From the NCBI RefSeq assembly GCF_000181795.1, contig NW_003526945.1, positions 508,459 through 528,458 of the forward strand: a DNA stretch of 20,000 bases, read 5' to 3'. Positions 1 to 12,553 of this stretch are shown here, piece by piece (the stretch's first letter is position 1; the number at the start of each line of letters is the position of its first letter). This stretch comes from Trichinella spiralis (taxonomy: Eukaryota). The notes below the pieces were generated by a model, which saw nothing but the letters and a program-made list of their open reading frames with translations, did no database searches and was not told where the DNA came from. The position numbers were made by a program, and so were the translations under genes.

Positions 1-399
1 CAATATTGAATTTCTTTAGAAACACTTTTCTTTAGAAAATAAATTTGCAATTTATATCAGTAGTTGTAGATGTTTGTATCCGATGATGCATAATTGAAGT
101 ATTATATCACTTAAATATTTGCTTTTAACAAAACAGTTTTAGCACATACTGCTGTTATCAATCATTTTCAGAAATTTGTATTTTCGAGCATCGAAATGCA
201 AATTTAAAACTAATAAATATTTCATTTATAATTAAATATTTATTTTAACATTTAACTTTTAAAATTAAAATAAACGTTAGACAGAATGCAAAAAATAAAA
301 TTTTTCTCTATATTAGAAGAGAATAAATTCACTGATAGAACTGATCAGTTGGTGATTGGATTTACTAGACATACGCAGTCAGTACAAATATAAATATAC

Positions 400-2202
400 C
401 TATTGTAGTTAGCGTTGTCAGCACGAAAAATAAAGCGGCTGCAAAATTCCATTCTTGACCAGGATGTATTAATTCATTTAAACTGATTTCGTTAGGCTGT
501 AGCACAATTCTAGCGTAGCGATCATTTTCCGTGTTCCTCCAACGATTCCATTTATGCATTGAGTAAATACTGCGCACAAAATTGCGGAATTCAGTTTCAC
601 CCTCATCCATCGAACTCTTTGCTCGACTCATTTCAATCAAGCGTTCCAAAAGTAAATCTTTATCTGCTTTCATCTGAATCATCTTTTGGTTGTACAAATG
701 CCTTATGTGCGGCTGTTCCAGCTTCATGAATACAAAAGCACCAATCAAAGTGTAAAGGAAAGACACAATAATCAGGCTGGCATGCGGCAAAATTAAGTAA
801 AAGTACTAAAATTAATGAATATGATAAGTATTACCATTTTAATTGCAACGTATTATGTAGACGGTTCTAATCAATCTATTATTAAATTTAATATTTAAAA
901 TCTGAATGCCATATCACAAGTTGAATAAAATGTTTTAAATTATATACATATATTTCATTTGCATCATTTTGTGTGCAATATTGATTCTTGATTAGTTTTA
1001 TTTATTTACCTATACTGTACTTGTTTAAATGTTAAAAGACAAGATCTGTAGTTAATGATTTGAATACTTTTCGTAAATAGAGGGATTAATTCCGGTTTGT
1101 CAAAATCTATGAAAAGTTTATCATAGTAGAAAGTTAATTTCTTGTCAATAAATAAAAAAAGAACTAAGCTTAATTCGAATATGCACAGCAGTAACACTTT
1201 GAATAGCTCATTCAAAATGATGCATCGCAAATTAACATTTGTTAGCTGCAGTAAAAAGTGGGTGCAAATTTATTCCATTTGCTATTTTTAGTTACAAATA
1301 CCGCATTACTGCGATTAAGCTTTTTCAGCATGTTTTTAATGTTAGTAAGCAGATTTTTACAAACTTTACAACTCGTGATATTTTTCTTCACATAGTAATA
1401 ATGTTCTTCTTTAATTCGAAGTATCTGAAAATTTATTTGTTACTATTTAGTTGAACTAACATATTCATTTCTCAAAAATGTTCACAAAATACGACGATTC
1501 TTATTTTGAATTGCTGTTGACTTGTTCTTCATTCTGTACTAATGATGTTCATTTATTGTTATGATTGTTGTTGTTGTTGTTTTTCTTTGAAATAGATTAA
1601 TTTTGTACATGCTATTATGACTGCAATTATTGGATGCGATTAAATAAAAAAAACAATGAAAATGCTCGAAAATAAAAAAAAATCAAACTCCACTGCCAAC
1701 GCTATAACAGATTAGCAAATAGTTATTGGAATTTTCCTTCATAATCGAGTATTTGTGACAAAATGATCAATCAGCATTTGATGATTAATTTACATATGCT
1801 TGTGATGAAAAAATAATTTTTTTAATTTGAAAAAAAAGTTCTGTTCATAATGGAATGCTATTTTATTAAACTAGAATGAAAATATTGCGCTGTATGTGTT
1901 CAGATTTTTCCCTTTTTGAAAAAAAATTTAATTTTAGCCAAAAAACAAATGTCAAATTTATTATTTTTTTTTCAAAAATATTATTTTTCAAATAACATTG
2001 TAATCACGGTGAATTTATTAAAAATTTAACGATTCGATAAGAGAAGATGAAAATTAAATGCAAAACATACATGTTTCCATTGGGATGTCGATGTTGTTTT
2101 GTGATGGCTACCAATTTGGAGTGTTTTATCTAATATCAAAGTATCATCTTCATCTTGTTGTTGGCAATGTTGAGAAGTATCAACCGACGGTCGTTCTTCC
2201 AT
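400..2202 (-). CDS. Two-pore-domain (K2P/TWK family) potassium channel, 5' part; continues off the left edge
   Basis: Exon 805..400 (ttttag acceptor, G|gtatat donor) reads YFYLILPHASLIIVSFLYTLIGAFVFMKLEQP...WNFAAALFFVLTTLTTIG, i.e. TM1, cap and pore helix 1, split within the TIG(YG) filter. A probable upstream exon 2202..2071 (MEERPSV...SQWKH|gtatgt) joins in phase 0. The N-terminal exon structure is less certain than the main exon. Confidence 0.85.
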
Positions 2203-2448
2203 GACCAGTCGGTTATGCTTTAACGAAGCTTCTGAGATGATGGTTTAAGTTAATTTGAGCAAATAAATCGTTCTTCGATCATCGCCAGACACACTAATTA
2301 TGACCGATCAATACAGAGCCAAATCTGATTTACTAACTTATACCCTGTCCGAATGAAGCAACAATAGTCCAGATGCTAATTTCGACGCATTTGCAATAAT
2401 CGACTGAATTCTTTGCATTTTGCTTGTTCGAATGTTTTCAACAAAAGG

Positions 2449-2510
2449 CATCATCATCATCATCATCATCACCATCATCAACAACAACAACAACATCAAT
2501 AACAATCATC
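2449..2510. repeat. Compound (CAT)n/(CAA)n microsatellite
   Basis: catcatcatcat...caacaacaacaac seen directly. Confidence 0.85.
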
Positions 2511-3729
2511 ATCTTATTCATAATTTTTTTCTCCATCCATCACAATTTCAATAGTTTTCTTAACCATTTTCCCCTTTTGCACATGAAATTGTTCAAGGAT
2601 GAAAAAGGCGATCGAAGATTAACTAATTTACCACCGTTGGTTGAACAATAAAAACAACAAAGCTCGAACTGAAGAGAAAGAACGAAGAAGAAAGCTTTGA
2701 TCCCCCAATGGCTCGCGAACGCTTTTCCAATGTATATTTCAAATCAATATCCAAGCTGTCAGAATCACATCCCCATCAGTATCAAATTTACCGATTCATT
2801 TGCCTCTGCTGAAATGAAGAAGGAAAAAAAAACATTACTCCTAAACTACTACTTTGAAAAACCGTCAAAATGGGGAAAAAGTAATTTTTTCCCAATATAA
2901 TTAATAAAATCGATCCGTTGAAACTTGATGTCGGCAGAACTGCTTAAAAAAATCGATCATTCAATTGAAACAGCATTCACACTTGAGTTTTTCGTTCATT
3001 TCCATAAATGAATATAGATGTGACAATTTTTAAATTAAATTTATTTGATTTCCTCATCTTAAATACGTTATCTGTAACAAAAGTTCTTTGATATTTTCTG
3101 ATTTACATGACGCGTGTTTGTATGCCAAGATACGATCAAAAGTTGCACGATGGAACAAATTTTTACCAGTACTTTCAACTTGAACAACTCATGAAACAAT
3201 TATTAGAAATTTATCACTTTTATTCACTTAAAACAATACCTTTCTACATAAATTAAAGTAAAATTAATTCATTTTTAAAAATCTGTCCAACTGTATTTAA
3301 AAGTTCAGTCTTTTGTACTTGCACATCTCAAATGTTATTTACATTGTTAATATTTCAACAGTGACATTGAAATGGAAACAATTTTTCAAGTTCAGTGTTG
3401 CAATACTTTTCAAAGACCAGAATTCGCCCAATTTACACATCCTGAAAAGAAAAAAAAGCACCCATCCGACAATATTACTTACAATCTAATGGAAAGATAT
3501 ACAGCATAAACCGGTTCCATTGGGTCAATTGAAAATTTAACAGGAAGAAAAAATTTGCCATCAAATGTTGTTTTGTGATATTGAAAAATAAACAATAAAT
3601 TAAACGAGTATGTTTTTCGTTTTAATGAATATTTCAATACAGAAAGGTAAGTTATTGTAAATTCATTGGACAATATGAAGAAGAGAAATATAATGTGAGT
3701 TGAACGATCAAGCTGCAGCAAGTGGACAT

Positions 3730-4759
3730 CTAGCGTATCACCGCGTTGCGACGGCAAATCGACGGCCCTATTTCGTCGTATTCTTTTTTCGTGTGCACAG
3801 ACATCGCAAATTCGGACTGAAAATTTAAAAACAAAAAAAAAGAAGAAGAAGAAGAAGCTTAATATGGCTCAATTAATTAACAATAAGATAATTTTACCGA
3901 TGATGCTAATACACTGCCGCCAAACCAAACGGCGTTGCGTTGCAGTCGATGGGACAGTACGCGAACAGTCACCGGTTTCGGCTGTTGTAATATGGTAATT
4001 TTTTTATTTATAAAATATACGTGAAAACAAAACATCATTCTTACTGTAATACGATGATCACAAAGTTGTTCAGTTATCTGAAGTCGTTGATTGACCAAGC
4101 GTCGGACATCACGTTCGATTCGACGATCGAAATCTTTGAACATTGTCGATCCACCACTAAGAACTATATTTCCATACAGTGCCCTGCGGACATCGATTGG
4201 ACACTGCTGAATGGCTAAATCCACTTCTTCTGAAAGCGATCGCTTGTAATCTGCATTCGCAAACTGTTTCCAAGTGAAAAACAAATTTATTTACACGATA
4301 AATAATGAAAATTTGTTCAATTAGCTTTTACTTCTGGACAAAAGAAAATCTCAGGCCCAAGAAAACGCTCGTAGCCGACATCAACGTGGAACGGTTTCTT
4401 CGTCACTGCGTGTTGTCCTTCGTATTTTTTTATAAATTTCGACAAATTTTCATCGTACTTGGAAAATTCTTTCATAATATTCGGCGACACATAACAGTAC
4501 TTTTCCTGAAATTTGAAAAATTTCACCAACGAAAAATACAAGAAATAAAAAAACAGTATTTATACTTTAATATTTCGTGCCGTTTCCATCGACTGTTCCG
4601 GCGGAATGCCCGTTTCACGTTCACGGAGCAAATTCTGTATGAAAAATGTTACTTCCCGGCCGGCTATTGGCATAAATCGACTGCACGACGCAAGTGTGTA
4701 ACCGTCAATCTGAAACAACAACAAGTAAAAAATTAACGAACTTATTCATTAAACTTTAA

Positions 4760-4796
<37 letters not shown>

Positions 4797-5864
4797 ATTT
4801 GAATTGAAAAGCAAATAAAATAAACAAAACACTTACCACTGGTACACAGTGAGTTATGCCGTCACCAATGTCAATAACAAAAGCAGTTAAAGAGCGATTT
4901 TCTTGTGGACAACCTACCCACGACGCTGCAACAGCAAGAAATGCCTATAATATTCATATTTTTTGTTTTTTTCAAAGCAAACTGTATACATAAATATAAA
5001 TATATATATATATATTTATATTTATATTTATAATTTCACTACTTGTACTGCTATGTATAAGCCCGGAACGTTAAACGATTCAAACATAACTTCTGCCAAA
5101 TATTCACGATTTTCTGGTGTATTCAACGGTGATTCGGTCTGAAAAAGTAATATAAATACAAAACGCATCGTTACATTAAAATACTATTTTGAAATTAATA
5201 ATTACCATTAGAAAATTATGATCTTCTGGCTCTATACGCAGATATTTGAATATGCTGTGTTCCAAAAATCTTTCCATCAGGTTCCAATCTTCAACAACAC
5301 CGTGTCGCACAGGATACTAAAATTATACACTTTCCAATGTTCAATAACAAATGACATTCTAAAAATGTGCTCTAATATGGACAATATAATAAAAAACTAT
5401 TTCTCAATACAAAATGAAAATTATGCTTCAGTGCCATTCACAAAATTTAACATAGACATGCATATACTCTAATTGAATAATTTGTTGCGTTCAAAGCCTC
5501 ATCGCCGATGAAAAAGTCCATATCAATCGGCATTCTGCCAGTATTAGGTATGTTGTACGATTGACTTCGGCATGCGATGACTAATAATAAAAAAGAAATT
5601 TTTAATGTGTTAAAACGGTGATTCAACTCTAATACCTGTTGGGATGATAAAATTGGGATGCGTGTTACCAGCAAATCCAATCTTTGAATATCTGAAAATG
5701 AAAACATCATATACAAAAATCAATTTACAACAATAAATGGAAACATTCAAAACATATATTCTGCAAATCATCATTCGATGAAAGTGACAAGCATTTGTAC
5801 AAAAGTAATTGAGCATATCATACCCAGTTCCATTATCAATGACAACAGCAGATGAAAGTAACAT
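3730..5864 (-). CDS. ACTR3: Actin-related protein 3 (Arp3), divergent, 11 exons, about 410 aa
   Basis: Exons 5864-5824, 5691-5636, 5580-5468, 5316-5206, 5138-5043, 4944-4837, 4709-4566, 4505-4332, 4263-4045, 3981-3898 and 3816-3730 are all GT-AG and total 1233 nt in frame. Arp3 motifs: [85 protein letters not shown]. Confidence 0.95.
4762..4794. repeat. (TA)n microsatellite in an Arp3 intron
   Basis: About 16 TA units seen directly. Confidence 0.95.
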
Positions 5865-8080
5865 AGCTAATATCTTAAATGAATCGTTTTCAGTAAAATT
5901 CTTTGCTACAAACAATGATATCGATTGTAAAAACAATGTGACTCATATTAAATGTTGGCGTAATTGTTCATACTGTAAGGAAATCATGTACTATAAAAAA
6001 ATATTTGCAGTCAGCATTGCTTAATTTGAATAATACCTTTTTTAAATTAAGCACTAAAGATTATTTTTAAATATTATAAATATTTATATTTGCAATATTA
6101 TTTACACATTTTCGTTATGCTTATTTCGAAAAATTCATGCTTCAACTTTCCATTCTTTGTAATTAATTTAAAATTTTATTTTAATGCTTTATTATTTTTC
6201 TATAGCTTTTAGTGTAAATTTTGAAATATTACAACTTGAAGGCACAAAATGAAATTTAGCGGTGAGCAAAAAATGTACCATTTTGCAATTATATTCATCT
6301 TTATTTAAATTTAAAACATAAAAGAACAAATTAAACTCATTTTAAAATTTAGATTTCCAGTATTGCATCATTTTACAATAAACTGTACTTGAAGATTTAC
6401 TTATACAGTATACCTCAGCCATTCTTGACACATCTCGTCTTCATACCATCGAATTTGGGATTTTATGTTTTGCGGCTGTTGAGAAGGCATTATTCAAGTA
6501 ATTGATTATTTATTAATTTTTCCATGTTTATTTCAATTTTTCTGTTATTCGAATTTTTAAAACTCGTTCTCTGAACATCAGTTATCACCAGCTGCTAGTA
6601 AAATTATTATATGTTAAAACGGTAAAATTATTTAAAGAGCATGAAACTTATTGTCCAGTTGATTAGAAACTTTCTTTGAAGTAAGTTTTATTAATGAAAC
6701 GTGTTCAATTATGTTTGGTTCATTTCGGTACATAGTTAACAATATAATACTCATTGATAATATTTTTCATTATTTTATTGTTTTGATACTGTTAAATTAT
6801 GATAAATTTTTGCAGTGTTTTTATTCTCAACTTATTTGTCATTAAATGAATTTAATTGACTATTAGTGTGGGTTTTTGTTTGTGAATATTTCAGCTTTTT
6901 AAAAATAATTATTGTCAGGTGAAAGTCAAGGTTATTTCATTTTTGGTGATTAGCATGCATGTAATTTATTTTATTCTGATTTACAATAAATGGTGTTAAC
7001 TGGAATTCTTGTTTGGAATATAATAAATATTCCATGTTGTAGAGATACACGTGTACTTTGTTACCAGTATTAAGTTTCGTTTATTGTAAATTATCTCCGA
7101 TTTCGTATTACGCAAATTTATCTTCGAACGAATTTTTCTTCTGTGCTTTTTTTCTCAGCAGTGTGTAACAGTACAGAAGAAACTTCATGCAGCTGAATGT
7201 GTGTTGTTTAGAAATGGTTATTTTATTGACTTTAGTGTTACTTTTTTAAATGAGGGGAAGTTTTTTTTTAATTTGTAGTGCCATTTTTGTTTTTTTGTCT
7301 TGATAGAAGAACATGGCCTAGTTTTATAATTTCGACCAACTGAAGATTTAACAGACATAATTACATTTAGAAGTGTTTCAGCAGTTTTTTGCGCAGATTT
7401 CTTTAAATGAGACTTTTTAATAATTTTATGTTTACTTAGAATTACACAATGAAATTTATTTTTCAGTATGTTTTTCTTCATTTGATGGTTCATTTATTCA
7501 CCACAGTTTAATAGCCGCTTATTTTAATGTTCTGTTCTTTCGTAGATTTGTTCAATGAAACGAATTGAATCTGCAACAATAGATGTAGGTTTCCGTAAAT
7601 TTAATGAAATATTGAATAATTTGTTTCAAATGTTCTAATCTAAAGGAACAGGCATTTTAACGGTTTATTCTAACATAATGATGTGTATTTTATTAGATGT
7701 TGGTTGATGAATTGTACATATTATGAAAGTTTTCAATATTTTAATTAAAATATAGTTCTTACTGTATTGGTAAATTTTTAATGTGTTTTTTTAATATAAA
7801 TGTTAAGATGTGTTTAATTCATTTTTACAGAGGTTATTTTTGTTTTTATTTTTTTGCAAATTGATTTTTGTGTTGCTAAATAAAACAGTTTGGGTTATTT
7901 ACAATTGTTTCAGTTTTAAGCATGGAATTTGATTAGAAAAATTATTTGATTAAAGAAAGATCAATGATATGATGACTATAATTACAAGCTGTATTGGAAA
8001 GAGTTGAGTTTTCTTTTATAGAGGCAATTTCATTTGTAATCTTGTAATCTGAAGTGAATTTGTTATTTTTTTTGCTTGTT

Positions 8081-8086
8081 TTTCAG
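8081..8086 (+). promoter_or_regulatory. TTTCAG splice or trans-splice acceptor upstream of the GOLPH3 ATG
   Basis: A long T-rich tract ends in tttcag 22 nt before ATG 8109. Cis versus trans use is unknown. Confidence 0.55.
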
Positions 8087-8108
8087 CTTGTACAAGTACA
8101 AGATAGAT

Positions 8109-9518
<1,410 letters not shown>

Positions 9519-9620
9519 TATAAAAATAATATTTATATTTTTTTTTATCGTTGGGGTTTAATTTTTAAGGCTCGGTTTCAATTACATATACTGTTTTCAT
9601 GTTGTGTTTTTTCTGCACGA

Positions 9621-9643
9621 ATAATAATAATAATAATAATAAT
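9621..9643. repeat. (AAT)n microsatellite downstream of GOLPH3
   Basis: ataataataataataataataat seen directly. Confidence 0.9.
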
Positions 9644-10693
9644 ATATTCTGATTTTCAGTGCTGCAGATATATTTTTTATTTGACATCCGAGAGACGGGA
9701 GTCTTTAGTAAATCATTTGGTTAATCCCCCTTTGTTATATTTTTCTTTTTGTTAAGACCCGTTTTATTTACTTTTTACGCATTTTCACTTATCAGTTTTA
9801 TGTAAAAAGCACTGACATGAAAAAATTGGCATTTGATTGATGCTATTTTTTTACAGTTTCATGTCAATTGGTTTTTGATGCAGTATGTTAACCATTTTGT
9901 TCACTTTATTTTTGAGTAAAAGACAAATTTCAACAACATGAATAATTATTTTTTTGGTGATGTTTTGTCAATTATTTGAAAATTGTCGCATGATGATTTA
10001 TTGCAAAATGAAACATGAATTCAGTTTTATTTGGAAATAATCACAAAATGGCAGCTTTTAGTTGTTCATTCGTTGGTACATTTGTGATTTATGAAACGAC
10101 ACGCATACAAGTAATGATATTTGATCGCCAATTAATTGCTGATGATAATTTTTTTGTCGTTGTTATCGAATGCGTTGGAACTACCCTAGCAAAAATTGCA
10201 TGAAATATTGTCAATAAGTGCAGCTTTATTGTTTCAAGCGTATATTTTAATAACTTTTTGTTCATATTTAAAGTGAGCAGATGTTCCATTAGTATAATAT
10301 TATTCTTTTTAATGTTGTATACGATTTTATTATTTTTTTTATTGAATTTTATGCAAAAAATTTAATTTTTGACTTGTAAAGTATGCCGATTACGGTAGTT
10401 ACAGTAAGTCATATTGTACTTTTTGCATCTTAATTTTACATTTGTTATTTACTTTGTTTTTTGTGTTATATTTTGTGGTTATTGTGAAATATCTTGCTTC
10501 ATGAAACACAACTGTGTGTTCACCTCGTTTCGGGTGTTGTTAAAATAGCTTTTAAAAGCATTGCTCTTCTGGTTAAACTAAATCACTCATTTGTGTAATG
10601 TAGTCTTCATCTTGGTTCCACAACTGATGTGGAAAGCATTTTGCTTGAAACAAAATATGGGAAATTACTTTTTCTGATGGTTAATGTTGACAA

Positions 10694-10700
10694 TTTTCAG
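10694..10700 (+). promoter_or_regulatory. TTTTCAG acceptor, a candidate trans-splice site, upstream of the ODR-4 ATG
   Basis: Consensus nematode acceptor 10 nt before ATG 10711. Confidence 0.55.
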
Positions 10701-10710
10701 ACTAGATAAA

Positions 10711-12410
10711 ATGCACGCGTTGATTATTGATAAACGATTGGAGCCGTTTGCAACACGGTCGCTTACTCGGTTTGGCAGTGATTCTGTCGTTCAAATTGGC
10801 TTTTTGTTGGGTTTCGAATCGGTGTCGGAAACATACCTTTGCTACATCGCCGCATGCCCGGATCAGTCGGAAGATGGCGAGCACTTTGAAGTGAGTTGAA
10901 TATTCTCTACTTACTGTATTGTGTGTTGAAAAAGGAATGTTTGCTTTTGAAAAGATTTTGCGTAAATAATTGAAAAAAGGCTTCATCTGACTTCGACACT
11001 GGCGACAGTGTTTTCGTTGTTATGTTGTGTGAAGTTATGTTCGATTGAACGGCTGTTTTTGCAGAGATGTAGATTTTAACATTTTTGTGGTGTTTTTTCA
11101 GCAAATGGACAACAGTTTGGTTGCAATTTTCGAGACGAGTGACGAACGAAAAGCCGACAACACCTCAAAATTGACCACACAACAGTGGATTTACAGTCAA
11201 GCCCGTCAGTTGATTCGCATGCTGCCGGGTGGAATTGAAATTGTCGGCTTGTACGTGGTTGGATCCAAGCTGAGTGAGGATTGGATCAAGTCGATGAATT
11301 TGTCAGTTTTCAACCGAATCCGCAAGCTGCGCAATCGTCAGTACTCGGCGGGCAGTCAGTTTACTAGCAGTTGCAGACGGCTATTTCTGATGAGCGCACC
11401 CGACGGCAGCGGGCAGTCGTGCTCTGTGAGAGTTGTCGATTTTTCTAGCAACCCTACTTGCCTGGTGCCATGCAAATTTCTATTCAGAGACAACATTGAA
11501 TGGTGTCGTTTTTCAGTTCAGCTGTTTATTCGAAGTGATGCGTTTTTACCGGTGGAAATGGAAACTTGGAACTTTTTCAAAAAGTTCCTCTACACCGTCA
11601 GAAATGCTTGCATTGATATAGAAGAATCAAGGATTCATTTTAATGGTCGTTCGATGGACAAGGATCAGTCGGTGAGCCGTTTGATGGCAGCTGATCGCAG
11701 TATCGAAGGTACGATAGTTTTTAACGAATCTTCGGAATCGTTCGAAACCGACCAAGTGGAAATGGATGAATGTTGCGGCAAAATGAGCATTCAAGGTTCG
11801 TGCTCATCAATTTTTTTCGTATTTTTGCACCCACGCTCTTTCTGGAATTGAATTTCAAAACTGACGTATTTCAGGGGTGATTGCCTGTGAAGCGTGGGTC
11901 CCGTCGACCGCTAGTGTAAAAGAGCTTAGTGCATCGTTGAAAATGGACATCCTGCGCAGTGTGTACGTCCGCGGTGAGCTGCATTACGAAGGTCTGATGG
12001 TCGGCGAGCTGGAACCGGAACCGAACGTGGTTCACCAATTGCCGAGACGAGTATTCACGTCTCTGCGACCGAGAAGTGAGATCAGCATTTGCGATTATTT
12101 GTTTGAAAACGATCCCGGCTTGGAAACGGTCGAAGCGATCAAAGAATTTTTCATGATCGAACTGAATTTGAAACGCTTTGACACTGAACGCGAATCGCTG
12201 GTGTCCGCTGAACGTCTGCTCAGTTGCATGGAAGAAGACTATTTGCAAGATGAAGCCGTCGAAGTGGAGAAGTCGAAACGTGCCCAACAAAACGTCGACC
12301 AACGCATGTCTGCGTCGTATCTGATACTTTCACTGTCCATTTGCATTGTATCGGTGATTTTGTTTTACATTGTGAAAACTCTTTTCAGCGCTCATGCTCT
12401 GGAAGAGTGA
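10711..12410 (+). CDS. odr-4: ODR-4 homolog (tail-anchored ER protein, GPCR maturation), 3 exons, about 469 aa
   Basis: Exons 10711-10890 (gtgagt donor), 11102-11795 and 11875-12410 total 1410 nt in frame. ODR-4-like motifs ARQLIRMLPGGIEIVG, DILRS, HQLPRRVF and CDYLF are present, with a single C-terminal TM (YLILSLSICIVSVILFYIV). Confidence 0.88.
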
Positions 12411-12553
12411 TTTCACTTGGTGAAGGTAAATTCATTTGAAAACTATTTTGCGTTTTGCAAAGTATTCTCACTATGTAGATTCACGTTTATTAGAACAATT
12501 TTTCTCTTTCTCAACAATCACAATCTACCTAGTGCAAATGTTCAAGATTTGGA

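Noticed and set aside
2424..2651. 75-aa Ser/Thr-rich ORF
   Set aside because: It is produced by the CAT/CAA microsatellite and has no other coding evidence.
2871..2894. Hairpin gggaaaaa-gtaat-tttttccc resembling a terminator
   Set aside because: The stem is short and low-complexity, and the context is eukaryotic.
4021..5472. + strand ORFs 4021-4218, 4305-4736 and 5218-5472
   Set aside because: These are antisense shadows of Arp3 exons.
7218..7493. Lys-rich 91-aa - strand ORF
   Set aside because: It is a compositional artefact of T-runs on the + strand, with no recognisable motif.
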